Source: Dehalococcoidia bacterium
GTDB lineage: Bacteria; Chloroflexota; Dehalococcoidia; Lucifugimonadales; UBA2985
Assembly (NCBI GenBank): GCA_965204895.1
Contig: OZ242025.1
Location: 1,793,621 to 1,857,620 of the forward strand
Length of the DNA stretch: 64,000 nt
Direction: 5' to 3'
Shown here piece after piece: positions 63,977 through 64,000 of the stretch; positions within the stretch are counted from its first letter, which is position 1; each line of letters begins with the position of its first letter. The notes beneath the pieces are model-generated. The model saw only the letters and a list, made by a program, of their open reading frames with translations. It had not been told where the DNA came from and did not search any database. Both the position numbers and the translations under genes were made by a program.

Positions 63977-64000
63977 GGTGACTGACTTACGGCGTCACCG

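Noticed and set aside
1-64000. tRNA, rRNA, integrase, transposase or prophage genes
   Set aside because: I scanned the intergenic regions for T-loop (GGTTCGAATCC-like) and acceptor-stem patterns, and the ORFs for recombinase motifs, and found none. A tRNAscan or Infernal run would be the decisive check.

Overview
High-GC bacterial chromosomal segment with about 60 protein genes, no rRNA, tRNA or CRISPR that I could recognise, and no integrase or transposase. Taxon guess is Chloroflexota-like marine or symbiont lineage (low confidence, inference only). Housekeeping content: cobB, recF, a TetR-proV-proW osmolyte transporter, mnmA, an RRM RNA-binding protein, ybeY-dnaX-ybaB-recR-recO joined to oadG-oadB, metF, glyA, gyrA, thiE, ccmE, korAB divergent from citrate synthase, trmI, and gcvT-H-PA-PB. 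Accessory content: two tandem paralogous lipoprotein metallopeptidase-like genes, a 1038-aa cadherin/Ig-repeat surface protein, hicAB and brnTA-like toxin-antitoxin pairs, a DUF3800 gene, a NucS-like PD-(D/E)xK nuclease, and an ADP-ribosylglycohydrolase plus PTP-phosphatase pair. There are also three visibly AT-richer islets (judged by eye, not computed). Main hunt results follow. (1) A peroxiredoxin gene is split in the ORF track by one in-frame TGA sitting exactly at the peroxidatic-Cys position, followed by a SECIS-like hairpin, so it is a likely selenoprotein. (2) A small membrane-protein gene is followed by two near-identical tandem copies of its 3' part, with variable 24-bp unit number. 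(3) A superfamily of clamp-hairpin (REP/MITE-like) repeats with compensatory stem changes occurs in 8 clusters, including a roughly 0.9-kb higher-order array and one insertion inside the gcv operon. (4) A promoter-proximal leader of about 140 nt has a three-element SD, anti-SD and anti-anti-SD arrangement. (5) An orphan consensus promoter plus intrinsic terminator unit may encode an sRNA or micropeptide. (6) CcmE carries the CxxxY rather than HxxxY heme-binding motif, and an archaeal-type PEP carboxylase is present. No single obvious multi-gene novel system is proven. The candidates are ranked by interest in the findings.
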